From: Hyaloraphidium curvatum SAG 235-1
Lineage: Eukaryota > Fungi > Monoblepharomycota
Length of the DNA stretch: 64,000 bases
Assembly: GCA_025558095.1 (NCBI GenBank)
Contig: JAIVFI010000023.1
Location: 434,001-498,000 of the forward strand
Reading direction: 5' to 3'
Shown piece after piece: positions 49,628 to 59,399 of the stretch. The notes under the pieces are model-generated. The model was not told the DNA's origin. It searched no databases and saw only the letters and a list, made by a program, of their open reading frames with translations. The position numbers and the translations under genes are program-made. Every line of letters starts with the position of its first letter. The first letter of the stretch is position 1.

Positions 49628-50549
49628 ATGCCCTCCATGGCGGCGACACCGCAGACCCTGACCGCGGCGCTCTGGGCACACGTCAAGGGCCGGCACCGGC
49701 GGTCAAACAACCTCGTTAACCTGAAGCTCGTTGGGGCGCTGAGCTCGCGTTCCGTCTACGCGCAACTCGTGCGCGATTTCTACGAGGTCTTCAGAACGTT
49801 CGAATCGCTGTGGGATCAAGAGCTGCGCGATTCGAAAGAGCGCGACTCGGGCCGTCTCCTGCGTGGCGCTGGCGAGGCGTTGGCGCTCTTTGGCCGCACC
49901 AAGGCATTCGAGAGGGACCTCCACTACTACTATGGGAGCGATTGGGAAACGGTGTCGAAGCCCACGCCAACGGCTCTGGCCTATTGCGACCACATAAAGG
50001 ACGTCGCGAAACAAGATCCGGACTTGCTGCTCTGCTTCATTTACGCGTTCTACTCGGGTCTCATGGCCGGGGGCTGGGTGCTAAGGAGGAAGATCATACG
50101 CGTGGTCTGGCGGCTGCCCAGTGAGATCGACTGGGACAAGAGGTCCGGCGGTTCAGTGAGTTCTTGAAGATGCCCGCCTAAAGAATGGACCACCAACAAC
50201 GGGCCCAGGGGACGTCGATCTTTGAATTTTCGCTTCCGAGCGCCCCGCGCGAGCTGGCGGAGATTCACCTCGTGCGGACACAGCTCAAGGCGATCCTCGA
50301 TGCGGTGCCGTGGCGGGAAGCTGGACCTGACAAGCTTCAGAAGATGAAGGAAGAGCTCGTCCGCGTGTTCGAGTGGAACGATATGGTTATCTCCAACGTT
50401 CCTGGTGAGCCGCTGTTATGTTGATTATAGGACGCTCATTGACCGTCGACGACGCTTTCACAGGCGGCCTTTACGAGTTTGTGATGGCGTGGATCTGGTG
50501 GATTGTTGGATTGGTCTTGCTGATCTTTCTTTGGCTCATGTTTCGCTGA
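49628..50549 (+). CDS. Heme oxygenase-like protein with C-terminal TM anchor, 2 introns
   Basis: Proximal His (KGRH), FYEVF, RTKAFERDLHYYYG, YCDHI, YSGLMAGG, VFEWN, hydrophobic tail. Confidence 0.85.
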
Positions 50550-50623
50550 TGACATAGACCTTTACACTTCCTTTGATGCTACTTCCATGGTTGGGCAGTT
50601 CCGTTAACACTTCCTTACAAGCT

Positions 50624-52265
50624 TCAGCAATTGATCTCCGGGTAGCAGCTTGGCGGGCGGTAGCCGACAAACAGTCCGATGTTGACGGCGACGTAGATCA
50701 CTGCAAGGTTTTGTTATTCTCCTTCCCATCAGCTTCTCGCGCAACCCACCGAGAGCAACAACAAAGGTGATCAGCGAAAGCGACACCAGAAAGTCGCGGT
50801 ACGAATCTCCCTTCGCAATCGAGCAAGGCCCGTATCCCCAGCACACCCTTGCAGGCTTCGAAGGAACCTCGTCCGGATCGGAGACGTCGCCATTGATTGC
50901 GACAGCGGTCGTCTTTCGCTGCGACGCCGTGCTGACATGGGGTGACACGGACGAAGCCTCCTCGGCGAAAGCAGCAGCCTTTCCTTCGATTTCGGAGGAC
51001 GACTTCTCCGCGGCGAGTTTTTCCTGCTTGGCCTCGTACTGTATGAGGAGCCATCGTTCCACGATGCTCTCGATGAAGATGAGGCCCACCAAGACCATGG
51101 TAGTGATATTAATGTAGTCCCCGACTGAAAGTGATGTAGGAACTGTTGTGATGGGATGGATGGTAAGCAGCAGGCCCCGTGCAAGAAGAGATGGATGGGA
51201 ACCCACAGCCTAGGAAGGCGTTCAAGGAATTGATGTTGAGCACAACGACGAAGATGCTATGAAGGTGGTTAGCTTCCGCCCGGCGATCAAGAGCTTGTTG
51301 CGTCTCACCTGGCGCCGAGGATGCCCATCCTCGCATCAAAGTGGTCCGTGACGGGGAGAACAAGGGCGCCCAAGCTCATGGCGAAGCTCAAATAAGAGGG
51401 CAACATTATCTGCACAAAATTCGTCGTATCGTCTCGTGCCAATTCGAAAACGATGGTAACGCGGTCAAACTGAGGCACCTGGGAAAGGTACGTTGTGCCA
51501 ATCAGAAAACGATGGTAACGCGGTCAAACTGACGCACCTGAGAAAGGTACGTTTCGCTGTACTCCACGACGCTTCGCAAGACGGTCGGCGGACCGCTGCG
51601 GAGCGCGAGGGCCGGGTCCATCGCAACGTCCGGGGCAACCACGCTGTTCTTGTCGTCGTAGACCAGCTTGAGTGCAGTTGTGTCCGGGAGCGCCTCGATG
51701 ATCAATCGCAGATAGGTCTCGTCGAAGGGATAGTATCTCAGATCCTCGTCGACCCTGATGTGGGGGACATTCGTCGTGGAGAGGTTGGAGTTGGGACGCT
51801 CCCTCTATAGATGCCGCGAGCCTACCTGGCTGTCGCCTGAACCTTCATCGTGCTCCAGTGAACAAAGGCGGGGCCGAGCTGGGCGGCGGGAGGAATCGTA
51901 CGGTACTCCTGGCCCGACACCGACAGGCCTCCCGGCTTCAAGTTGAGGATCTCGACAGTGTCCCAAAGGGTCACGTTTGCGTCGCAGACCATGGTGATCC
52001 ACCCTTCCCAGACCGCGCTGTCGTCCGCGAAGGAGAAGCCGAGCAGAGACATCGTGTACGTCTCGAAATGGCACTCCGTGGCAGTCTCGTTCGTCTGTCT
52101 GGCGGCAATGTCCCGCTGGACAGGTCGACCGGTCTTGCCGGCGTCGCGGCCCACGGCCCCTCGCCGGTAGGCGGCGGCCTCGACCCGCCCCGCCGCCAAA
52201 AAGACGAGGAGGACGAGCAGGGAGGCGCGGAGGAGGAAATCGGGCAGACTTCGGCGGTGTCCCAT
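50624..52265 (-). CDS. Pentameric ligand-gated ion channel subunit, Cys-less (GLIC/ELIC-type), 5 introns
   Basis: Signal peptide; Pro-loop DLRYYPFDETYLRL; pre-M1 Arg (FELAR); M1 FVQIMLPSY; M2 FDARMGILGASIFVVVL; M2-M3 FPTSLSVGDY; M3; long loop; M4. Confidence 0.85.
51436..51553. repeat. Direct tandem duplication, 2 x 59 bp, 4 mismatches
   Basis: 51436-51494 gtgccaattcgaaaacgatggtaacgcggtcaaactgaggcacctgggaaaggtacgtt vs 51495-51553 gtgccaatcagaaaacgatggtaacgcggtcaaactgacgcacctgagaaaggtacgtt. Confidence 0.97.
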
Positions 52266-52355
52266 GTTAGGGATGTTGGTGTGGCTGATGGCGAGGGACG
52301 CCGCCGATGAAACCCTCAGCCCCTGAACGACCGATTCCTCAAAGCAACATCCACT

Positions 52356-54386
52356 CTATTCGCTGAAGCAGCACAGGATTGCATCCCACATCAACTCCGA
52401 AGCCGCAATCCCCAGCGCTGCGGTGTTCAGGCGCGGATCATCGATCTCGTTCGTCGAAACCATGTACAGCTGGTCGCCATCCTGCGGGCAGTGGAGCGGC
52501 TGTATGCCGCGGGCCATTGAGCTGTGAACCTGGCGCGCCAGCTGCGTCAGGAGCACATCGGGAAGCCTGACGTTGGTAACGACCAGCGAGATCGTCGTGT
52601 TGCCCATGATTCCTTGAGCTGGAGTCGCAAGTTCTTGAAGAAGCTCCTCCGCGGAGGCGATCATGTCCTTCCTGTTGCTGCCCGGCTCAGCCACCCACAC
52701 CGTGTGCTGCGACGGATCAAGAGAGCCGCGGACGATCTTGTTGGAGCGGTCGTAGACGGCACCCAGGGCGTTGATGACCGTGAAGCACGCCAAACGGATG
52801 CCGCCGGCCAGCAATCGGTAAGCCCCGCCTTGGCCAGCACGCTCGCCCCGTCCGAAAAGCTTGCCGGCCGTAGCGGAACGACCCGCACCGTAGCTGCCAA
52901 GGGGAAAAATCCCAGGCTTCGCGGCACGAAATGCGGCGCGACCCAATTCCTTGTCTGGATGAATCGCATTCTCTCGACCCCGGAAATCGTAGATGATGGC
53001 ACCCCGAACGACGGGCAGGTTGTTCCACGTGTAGTTGTAGCGCCTTTTCTTGAACAGCTCGGCCAAGACTCCCGTTGAGGCTTCCAGGCCATAGTACGAG
53101 CCCCCTGCGAAACAGATGGCATCCACAGGGCCGTCTCCAGGCTGGAAAAGCCCCGGGGCACCGCCGCGGACGTCGTGCGCGCACGTTGCTGTGGTTCCAA
53201 AATGGAACACCGTGCACCCCGTCGGTCCTGCGGCGTACTCGGCGACGCCGATCGAGAAGGCGGGCCAGTCAAACTCGAGCTTCCTTGTGGGCTCCGGAAT
53301 CGAAGGATCCAAAGAAACGAGGTCGTTTGTGAGCGCGATCGGCTCCCCACGAGGATAAGGCAGTGGCGCTCCGGAATCTCTCCATCGAACGAGGTGATCG
53401 CGAAGCTCCGACACCTTGTGCTCTCCTCCGAACTCGTCCACGCGCCGGGCGTAAAGTTCCTCGCACAAGCGCTTCTCCAGCGTAGCTTGCACTTCGTTGG
53501 CACGGGGTCGGTTCCGCATGAACCGGTTCTCCATCTCTTCATCCGAATTGATGCCTGACATTCCGCCGAGGATGAAGCCCACCATTTTGCCGGCCAGCCA
53601 CACCGCATCCGGCAGAAAGTTCATGCGATTATCGCAGTCCAGGTAGGTACGCGACTGAAGGTACTCCTTTCCAGCTTCGCGCGAATAGAAGCCCCACCAC
53701 GAGTCCCAAAGAGCCCAACACTCCATCAGACCGCTGCCGTACTCGATGTGCCCTTCGTTGGTGAACACGCGGTCCGATAAAATGGCCTGTACCGGCGTTT
53801 GAAAGGAGGAGGACACGAGAATCACGCCCGGCGGTGGCGACACCACCGTGTCCCCGTGGTGGTTGTGCACGTGGTAAGCCTCCTTCGTAGTCCGCAGTGC
53901 CTCTCGCCCCTCGGGCGTTAGCGCAGCCCTGACCGCGGCGTTTTCCCAGCCCGTGAACGACTTCATCACGTTCCTCCCGCCCGGGTTCAAGGCCCACGCG
54001 ATGACTTGGTGGCCGAAAGACAGACCAATCCACCTCGTTCGGGAGACATTGTCCGCGATGTACTGCTCCAGCTTCGCGACATACGGCACGTGGTGATCGT
54101 AGGCCCCTTCATCTGCCCCCGTCACGAAGATGCAGTCGTACGCGCTCAACGCGTCGCCCTGGGGCCAGCTCTCCGGAACGTGAAAGATGTACTCGTCGAA
54201 AGAGAATCCGGCGACCTCGTCCGCAAAGTAACGTGCCGCCGCGAGCTCAAAGATGGCCTGGAGCCGGTATCGCGTCCCTCCAGCGCAGTCGGGGGCGTAG
54301 GCTTCGTGTTCAATCATGAAGTCCGGAGGATCCGGCAGCATGACCGCAACACGGATCGTGCGCGGCTGCGGCGGGGCGGAGGTCAT
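52356..54386 (-). CDS. Intronless fusion: class I glutamine-amidotransferase-like domain + NylC/DmpA (peptidase P1/S58) Ntn hydrolase
   Basis: N-term IFVTG, IGLSFGHQ, HGDTV, EGHIEY; C-term GPTGCTV, DVRGG, AICFAGGS, AIIYDF, PDKELGRAA, GNTTIS, QVHSSMARGIQP, DGD. Confidence 0.9.
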   Translation of the reverse strand: MTSAPPQPRTIRVAVMLPDPPDFMIEHEAYAPDCAGGTRYRLQAIFELAAARYFADEVAGFSFDEYIFHVPESWPQGDALSAYDCIFVTGADEGAYDHHVPYVAKLEQYIADNVSRTRWIGLSFGHQVIAWALNPGGRNVMKSFTGWENAAVRAALTPEGREALRTTKEAYHVHNHHGDTVVSPPPGVILVSSSFQTPVQAILSDRVFTNEGHIEYGSGLMECWALWDSWWGFYSREAGKEYLQSRTYLDCDNRMNFLPDAVWLAGKMVGFILGGMSGINSDEEMENRFMRNRPRANEVQATLEKRLCEELYARRVDEFGGEHKVSELRDHLVRWRDSGAPLPYPRGEPIALTNDLVSLDPSIPEPTRKLEFDWPAFSIGVAEYAAGPTGCTVFHFGTTATCAHDVRGGAPGLFQPGDGPVDAICFAGGSYYGLEASTGVLAELFKKRRYNYTWNNLPVVRGAIIYDFRGRENAIHPDKELGRAAFRAAKPGIFPLGSYGAGRSATAGKLFGRGERAGQGGAYRLLAGGIRLACFTVINALGAVYDRSNKIVRGSLDPSQHTVWVAEPGSNRKDMIASAEELLQELATPAQGIMGNTTISLVVTNVRLPDVLLTQLARQVHSSMARGIQPLHCPQDGDQLYMVSTNEIDDPRLNTAALGIAASELMWDAILCCFSE

Positions 54387-54655
54387 TTTCAGGGAAGTGG
54401 GGAGGGAGCAACTCGGTTCGGGCGCCGCCGCGCGGCAACGATCACTCCGCAAGGCAGTTCCGGATCCGCATCAACGGTCCCGAATGCGCGAGAGCAGGAG
54501 GAGCAAAGCAAGCTGCACCTATGTTGGATATGGCAACGAAGACGTTGAGGATACTCTCTGGGTCTTGATCCTTCAATCAGCTTCAACGATGTACTGAGCT
54601 CGCCCTAGGACGAATGGAAGCCACTACGTCCTGCAGAGTGTCCCGGCCGCCTTCT

Positions 54656-55224
54656 TCATCGCGGGACCTCTCGTTCCACGCGGTGTAGCCTCTCGACTTC
54701 GTCCGGGTCCGCGCTGTTTTCGGCCTCGCGCATCACGGGCGGGTGAAGATCTACCGAGTCCAGCCGAGGCGACTTCGGAGGCTGAGCAGACTGCTCGACA
54801 TGGTGGAGCGCCTTGAAATGGAAGCTGTAGTAAGCTTCCGCACTCAAGGAGGCTTGAACGTGGTGCTCACGTTAACTTCGGCAGTGGACCCCTTGTTTTC
54901 GATCTCCTTGGCCACGGCAGGGTACATGTCGGGCTGCGTGTCGTCATACTGCGATGCGACAGCGTGAATGGGCACAAGTAGGGGACAGAGAACGGTTCCG
55001 GACCCACCTCCATGCTGTTGAGGGTCGTGTCGACGCCCCGAACAGGGAAAAGTCGCGCGTCAGTCCACCGAAGGAAGTCGAGGCAAAACGGGCGAGACTC
55101 GCGTCTTGATCAGTTCCTCCTGGAGCTGAGAAGTCTTGGCGTCCACCTTCCCATGCGGCTCGGGGGTCTTGGGTCGCTCATTCACGGCGTCCCGGAGTGC
55201 TTCGGGATGCAAGTCATCCGACAT
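54656..55224 (-). CDS. Small hydrophilic protein, multi-exon with a probable 7-nt microexon
   Basis: MSDDLHPEALRD...LIK, microexon 55014-55008, YDDTQPDMYP..., ...LHHVEQ...EVPR*. Confidence 0.45.
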
Positions 55225-56557
55225 GGTTCTGCCGCTTCGCGCCTTTCTCTGGGCTCAAACGCCTTAGTCTTCGGATCTCGGCCTTTCCCTTTGACTGGGA
55301 ACGCGTAGACGGGCGTTGCTCCGCGTCGCGTGGTTCGGAGTCGTGACTGGGGGATTGGAGACTGGCGCGCCGACCACAGTCGAGCCTCGAACTTCGTTCC
55401 CCTACACCCTTTCGGAAACCAAGAACTTTGCCCGAGTCTTATCTTGAGATTTGTGATGCTTCTAACGTACAAATCTACAGATGGATGGTGGAAACGGAGA
55501 TGGAGCCGCTGGTCAGCGCTTCCTCGTCTCGATCAGCCTTGCTAGGGCGATTTGTTGGTCCTGGGCGCGAATGGCAATACTTCAACGTTGCTCCCAAAGG
55601 TCGAGGACACGAGGGTGCTGCCGCAACAGGCTGTGCAGCACGGAGTCGCGAGGTCGGGGTAGGTGCCCTGATAGATGCTGAAGTATTCGGGTCGCTACGT
55701 CGCGTCGGAGCCACCTTGATCCGCATATCGAGCTTGATCGCTTGATCTGGCGCCCTATCAACGAAGGAGGTTGTGTGAGCAAGTTTTTGGCCAGATCTTG
55801 TCCGACAAAGGCCTGGTCGGCCCCCGTGACCGCGTTGGAACGCTCATTCAATTTCATCTTTCCGCTACTGCTTTCCAGTGGTGATTCGCTGGCCAGCGCC
55901 ACGTTGTCCGAGGAAATGGAGGCTGGCGAGAAGCTTTTCAAACCAAGCCCGTGAAAGTGGCAGATCTATTCCCCAGTGCGCCGCTGCCCCTCAGGCTGCT
56001 GACTCCGAGGTAACCGTCCGCGCGAGAGGATCAGGCGGGGCATGGGTGCGACGAACACGCGACTCAGCACGGTGCTCGAGGTGGTGCTTTGTGGCGATGC
56101 TTCGCCTCATTCTCCCTCCTCCTCGGCGCCTGCCTGGCGTTTGAAAGTCTTCAGATCTTTGAAAGGCAAGTTTCTGAGCGACGGAGGTGGTTGGGGAGGG
56201 CGGAAGCGCCGGGCGCCCGACAGCTTGAGGTCCGCATCGAGGCGACGTCCCAGCTGCCTCCTCTTCCGGCATCGCGCCTGCCTAGCGTTCGGGAAGTCTC
56301 GAAACCCCGTGATCTCTGATTCTGAGCTTTGAGGAGGGGCGGAAGAGGACGGGAAGAGCCCGGAGACCGGTTTTGTTTGGTTGTGAGTCCGACGTGACAT
56401 TCTGAGGACCTCGACTACTTGTACACCTTTCGATTCCGAAAGGTAATGAACTGGGAACAGTTGAGATTCTCTCTCCGAATACGTGCTAAGCATAATGATC
56501 GCTCTAGCATCCTTCCGTCCCAAATCCCACCAACTTGATGTGTGATTGCCGCGGCGA

Positions 56558-57992
56558 TCACCTCCTGCGGCGCGGGGGAGGAGGCCTCATGACCGAGCTG
56601 AGCACGGCCGCGCCAACGAGGGCGCCGCCAACGCTCGGGCCCTGCCTCTGCGGCGGGGGGGCACCCTGGGGAGGCGCGTAGGCGTTGGTGACGGGAGCGG
56701 GCGGAGCGGCGTAGCCCTGAGGCGCAGGAGTGTAGTACGAGGCCGGCTGGGGCACCGGAGCGTAGGCCACAGGGGCAGGCGCCGGAGCGGGAGCCGCAGC
56801 CCTCGGAGCACTGGGGGCGGTCTCGACTGCACAGACGTGGACGCATTAGTTATTGAATATGGCGGGTTTGAGCGCAACCCACCTTCAGCCGTGCGAGGAT
56901 CGTCCCAGGTGATGAGAGGGGGGTTCTTGGACTTGTCTGGAAGAATCATCACTCAGCACAATTCATCAAGCGATCAAAGCCAAAGGCGATGCTCACCAAC
57001 AAAGAAGTACCTTCCCGAAGGGGGGTCCAGCTGGGCGATCCAGTCCTTGTGCGGGAAAGGAAGACCGCTGGGGGGCGCACCAACGAGGTCGAGAACGACC
57101 TCGCCGGTCGCAACCTTCGTGGCCATCTCGGCCTCGGCGCGGGCGGCAGCGGCAGCCTTTTCGATCTCCGCAGCACGGGCAGCGGCAGCAGCAGCAGCCT
57201 GGTCGCGCGCGAGCTGCTCCTCCGCTGCCTTCTGTGCCTCGGCGGCCTTGCGGGCAGCCTCAGCCGCGGCGGCAGCGGCGGCAGCAGCAGCCTCGGCTTG
57301 ACTGGGTGGTGATGGAGAATTGAGCCGAAGCAGGAAAAGACGCAACGTGAGACTCACGCCTGGGCAGCGCTCTTGGACGCGGCAAGCTTGGCTTCGCGCT
57401 CGGCAGCGGCCTTCTCGTCCGCAGCTGGAGCAGGAAGGAATCAGACGATCGTCAAGTTGTCAGACCAGCAAGATCACGAACCCTTCTGGGCGGCAGCAGC
57501 CATCTCGCGGTGGGCCTTGGCCGCATCGAGGTCGGCCTGAGCCTTGGCCTCTGCGGACGCGAGGGCGGCGTCCGTCGCCTTGGCCGACTCCTCGGCGGCC
57601 TTCTTGATGCTCTCCTCGGAGCCTTCGGCCTTGGCTACCTCGGCCTTGACTTCCTCGACGATGGCGTTGCGAGGATCATCCCAGGTCACAACCGGCGGCT
57701 CCTTGCTGGATGGGGGAGACAGAAACAAGTCAGCAGACACACTACGTCTCGGTCTCTCGACACAAACGAGGTATCGACAAAAAAGTACGCCTTAGAGGCC
57801 TCGTCGTACTGGGAAATCCAGCCAGTCGGCAGCGGGATGGCAGTCTTGAGAGTTCGGGGGATGTCGGAGGGAGGAAGCGGCGGCCACCGGAAGTCGTCAA
57901 ATCCAGGCCTCCAGGACGTGCGGCCAATTGTCAACGCTTACAGCAGGGACTTCGCCAGCGGGAGCAGCGGGCGCGGCGGCGGCGTCGGCCAT
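56558..57992 (-). CDS. Two-WW-domain protein with Ala-rich coiled coil and Pro/Tyr-rich tail, several introns
   Basis: PLPTGWISQYD...YFFVD..VTWDDPR and DWIAQLD..GRYFFV..ITWDDPR. Confidence 0.85.
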
Positions 57993-58117
57993 TTTGCCAG
58001 GCGCGATGGCAGATGGACAACGGAAAGGGACCACTTCGTCGGACGCGCGCCGCCCGCGCGGACCCCTAGACCCTGATCACCGCCGAAAGTCACTGCTCGT
58101 ACTCCGAATCTCGTGTA

Positions 58118-59200
58118 TTAGCGCGGAAGCGGCACGAATTCCTCTCTGTCATCAGGAATCGGAAGAAACCTCGAGCCGTCTCGGGGTTCATTCCCTCTTT
58201 CCACCGAGTCGGTGAACGCGGCCCAGTCTCTCTTCGCCTCTTCGATCCGGTGTTTGGAAGACGAGACAAAATTCCACCAAATGAATCGCGGGCCATCCAG
58301 TTTTGCTCCACCAATCAGGGCCACGTTGATGGGCGACGATGACGCGGGGCCGGCGGAAGACAAAAGAACGGGGGAAGCCGGAAGAACTGAGGAAAGATGG
58401 AACGGCGGAAGCTCCAGATTCCACCCCGGCGAATCAGCACCGCGGAGATGTACAGCGCCGTCGATGGAGTAGACGGCGACTTCTTCGAAGCCATCCTTGG
58501 TCAGTTCCGTGACATCGATCGGCAACCGTGCTCCGGGCTTCAACGAGATCGTCGCCAGGAGCGTTGGTACCAGAGTCCGCACTGGCGAAGGGGCAATGCC
58601 GAGTTCGGTACCAAGCGATCCCATAACGAGGTTGACCGTCGCGTCCTCGTTCCCTGATTCCGTCGACAGCTCCTGTTGAGGCAACGCCTCCGCGGCATAA
58701 TGCGCGAAACTGGGATCGGCTTCCTCCATCTCCCTGGGGTGCGCTGTCCAAAGCTGCAGACCATGCATGAGCGACGACTCTCCGAATCCTTCCTCGCCGG
58801 CTTTCGGCCTCCTTTCGGAGTGCACGATGCCTCTCCCAGCGGCCATGACGTTCAGAGCGCCAGGTCGTATAGCTTGGCGAGTCCCCAGCGAATCGCGATG
58901 AATCAATGGAAGGGAGCCCGGTAACAAGAAAGTAACTGTCGATAAGCCGACGTGGGGATGCGGAGGGATGTTGACGGACGCGTTTCCGTCTCCGAGGGAG
59001 ACAGGACCCCTGGCGCGGGCGTCCGATGCGAAAAAGGGCGCAGATACGCGTCAGCTAACGTCCGGAACTGACGGAGTCGTGACCTACATGTGGTCAAGGA
59101 AGATGAACGGCCCGACGGTCCGTTGCGACACGCTCGGGAGCAACCGTCGGACCGGGAGGCCGAGTATGTCCTTCAAGCGGGGCTTGATGAGCCCCACCAT
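58118..59200 (-). CDS. Pirin family protein, spliced (start uncertain)
   Basis: VRRLLP, VGPFIFLDHM, PHPHVGL, HRDSLG, MAAGRGIVHSE, GLQLW, IWWNFVSS. Confidence 0.92.
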
Positions 59201-59399
59201 GTCCGCGAAAGTTGACAAGGGCAATTCCTTTGAACGGAGAGGAAGAGGGCGCGAGAAAGCCCGTGATCGACACGCGGCGCGCGCCCGTATATCGTCGTGC
59301 GGCGCGCCGAGCAACTCAGCCCGTACCAAGACCGCATTGTCCGCGGCATCCATATCGGAGTCGACTATCGCCAATCTATTGATCGAGAGACAGGATGCA

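Noticed and set aside
51436-51553. Tandem repeat as a CRISPR array or transposon footprint
   Set aside because: Only two directly adjacent units, no spacer, no terminal inverted repeats; better explained as an exonic duplication
32173-54386. Complete nylon-degradation (nylA/B/C/D) gene cluster
   Set aside because: No NylB-like gene; the amidase and aminotransferase are not specifically NylA or NylD, and they are 4-19 kb from the NylC-like gene with unrelated genes between
55240-56540. Several 70-140 aa ORFs
   Set aside because: Could not build a consistent spliced model or recognise a domain; unresolved
57130-57300. GCA/GCG-rich repeat
   Set aside because: Encodes the Ala-rich coiled coil of the WW protein; ordinary low complexity
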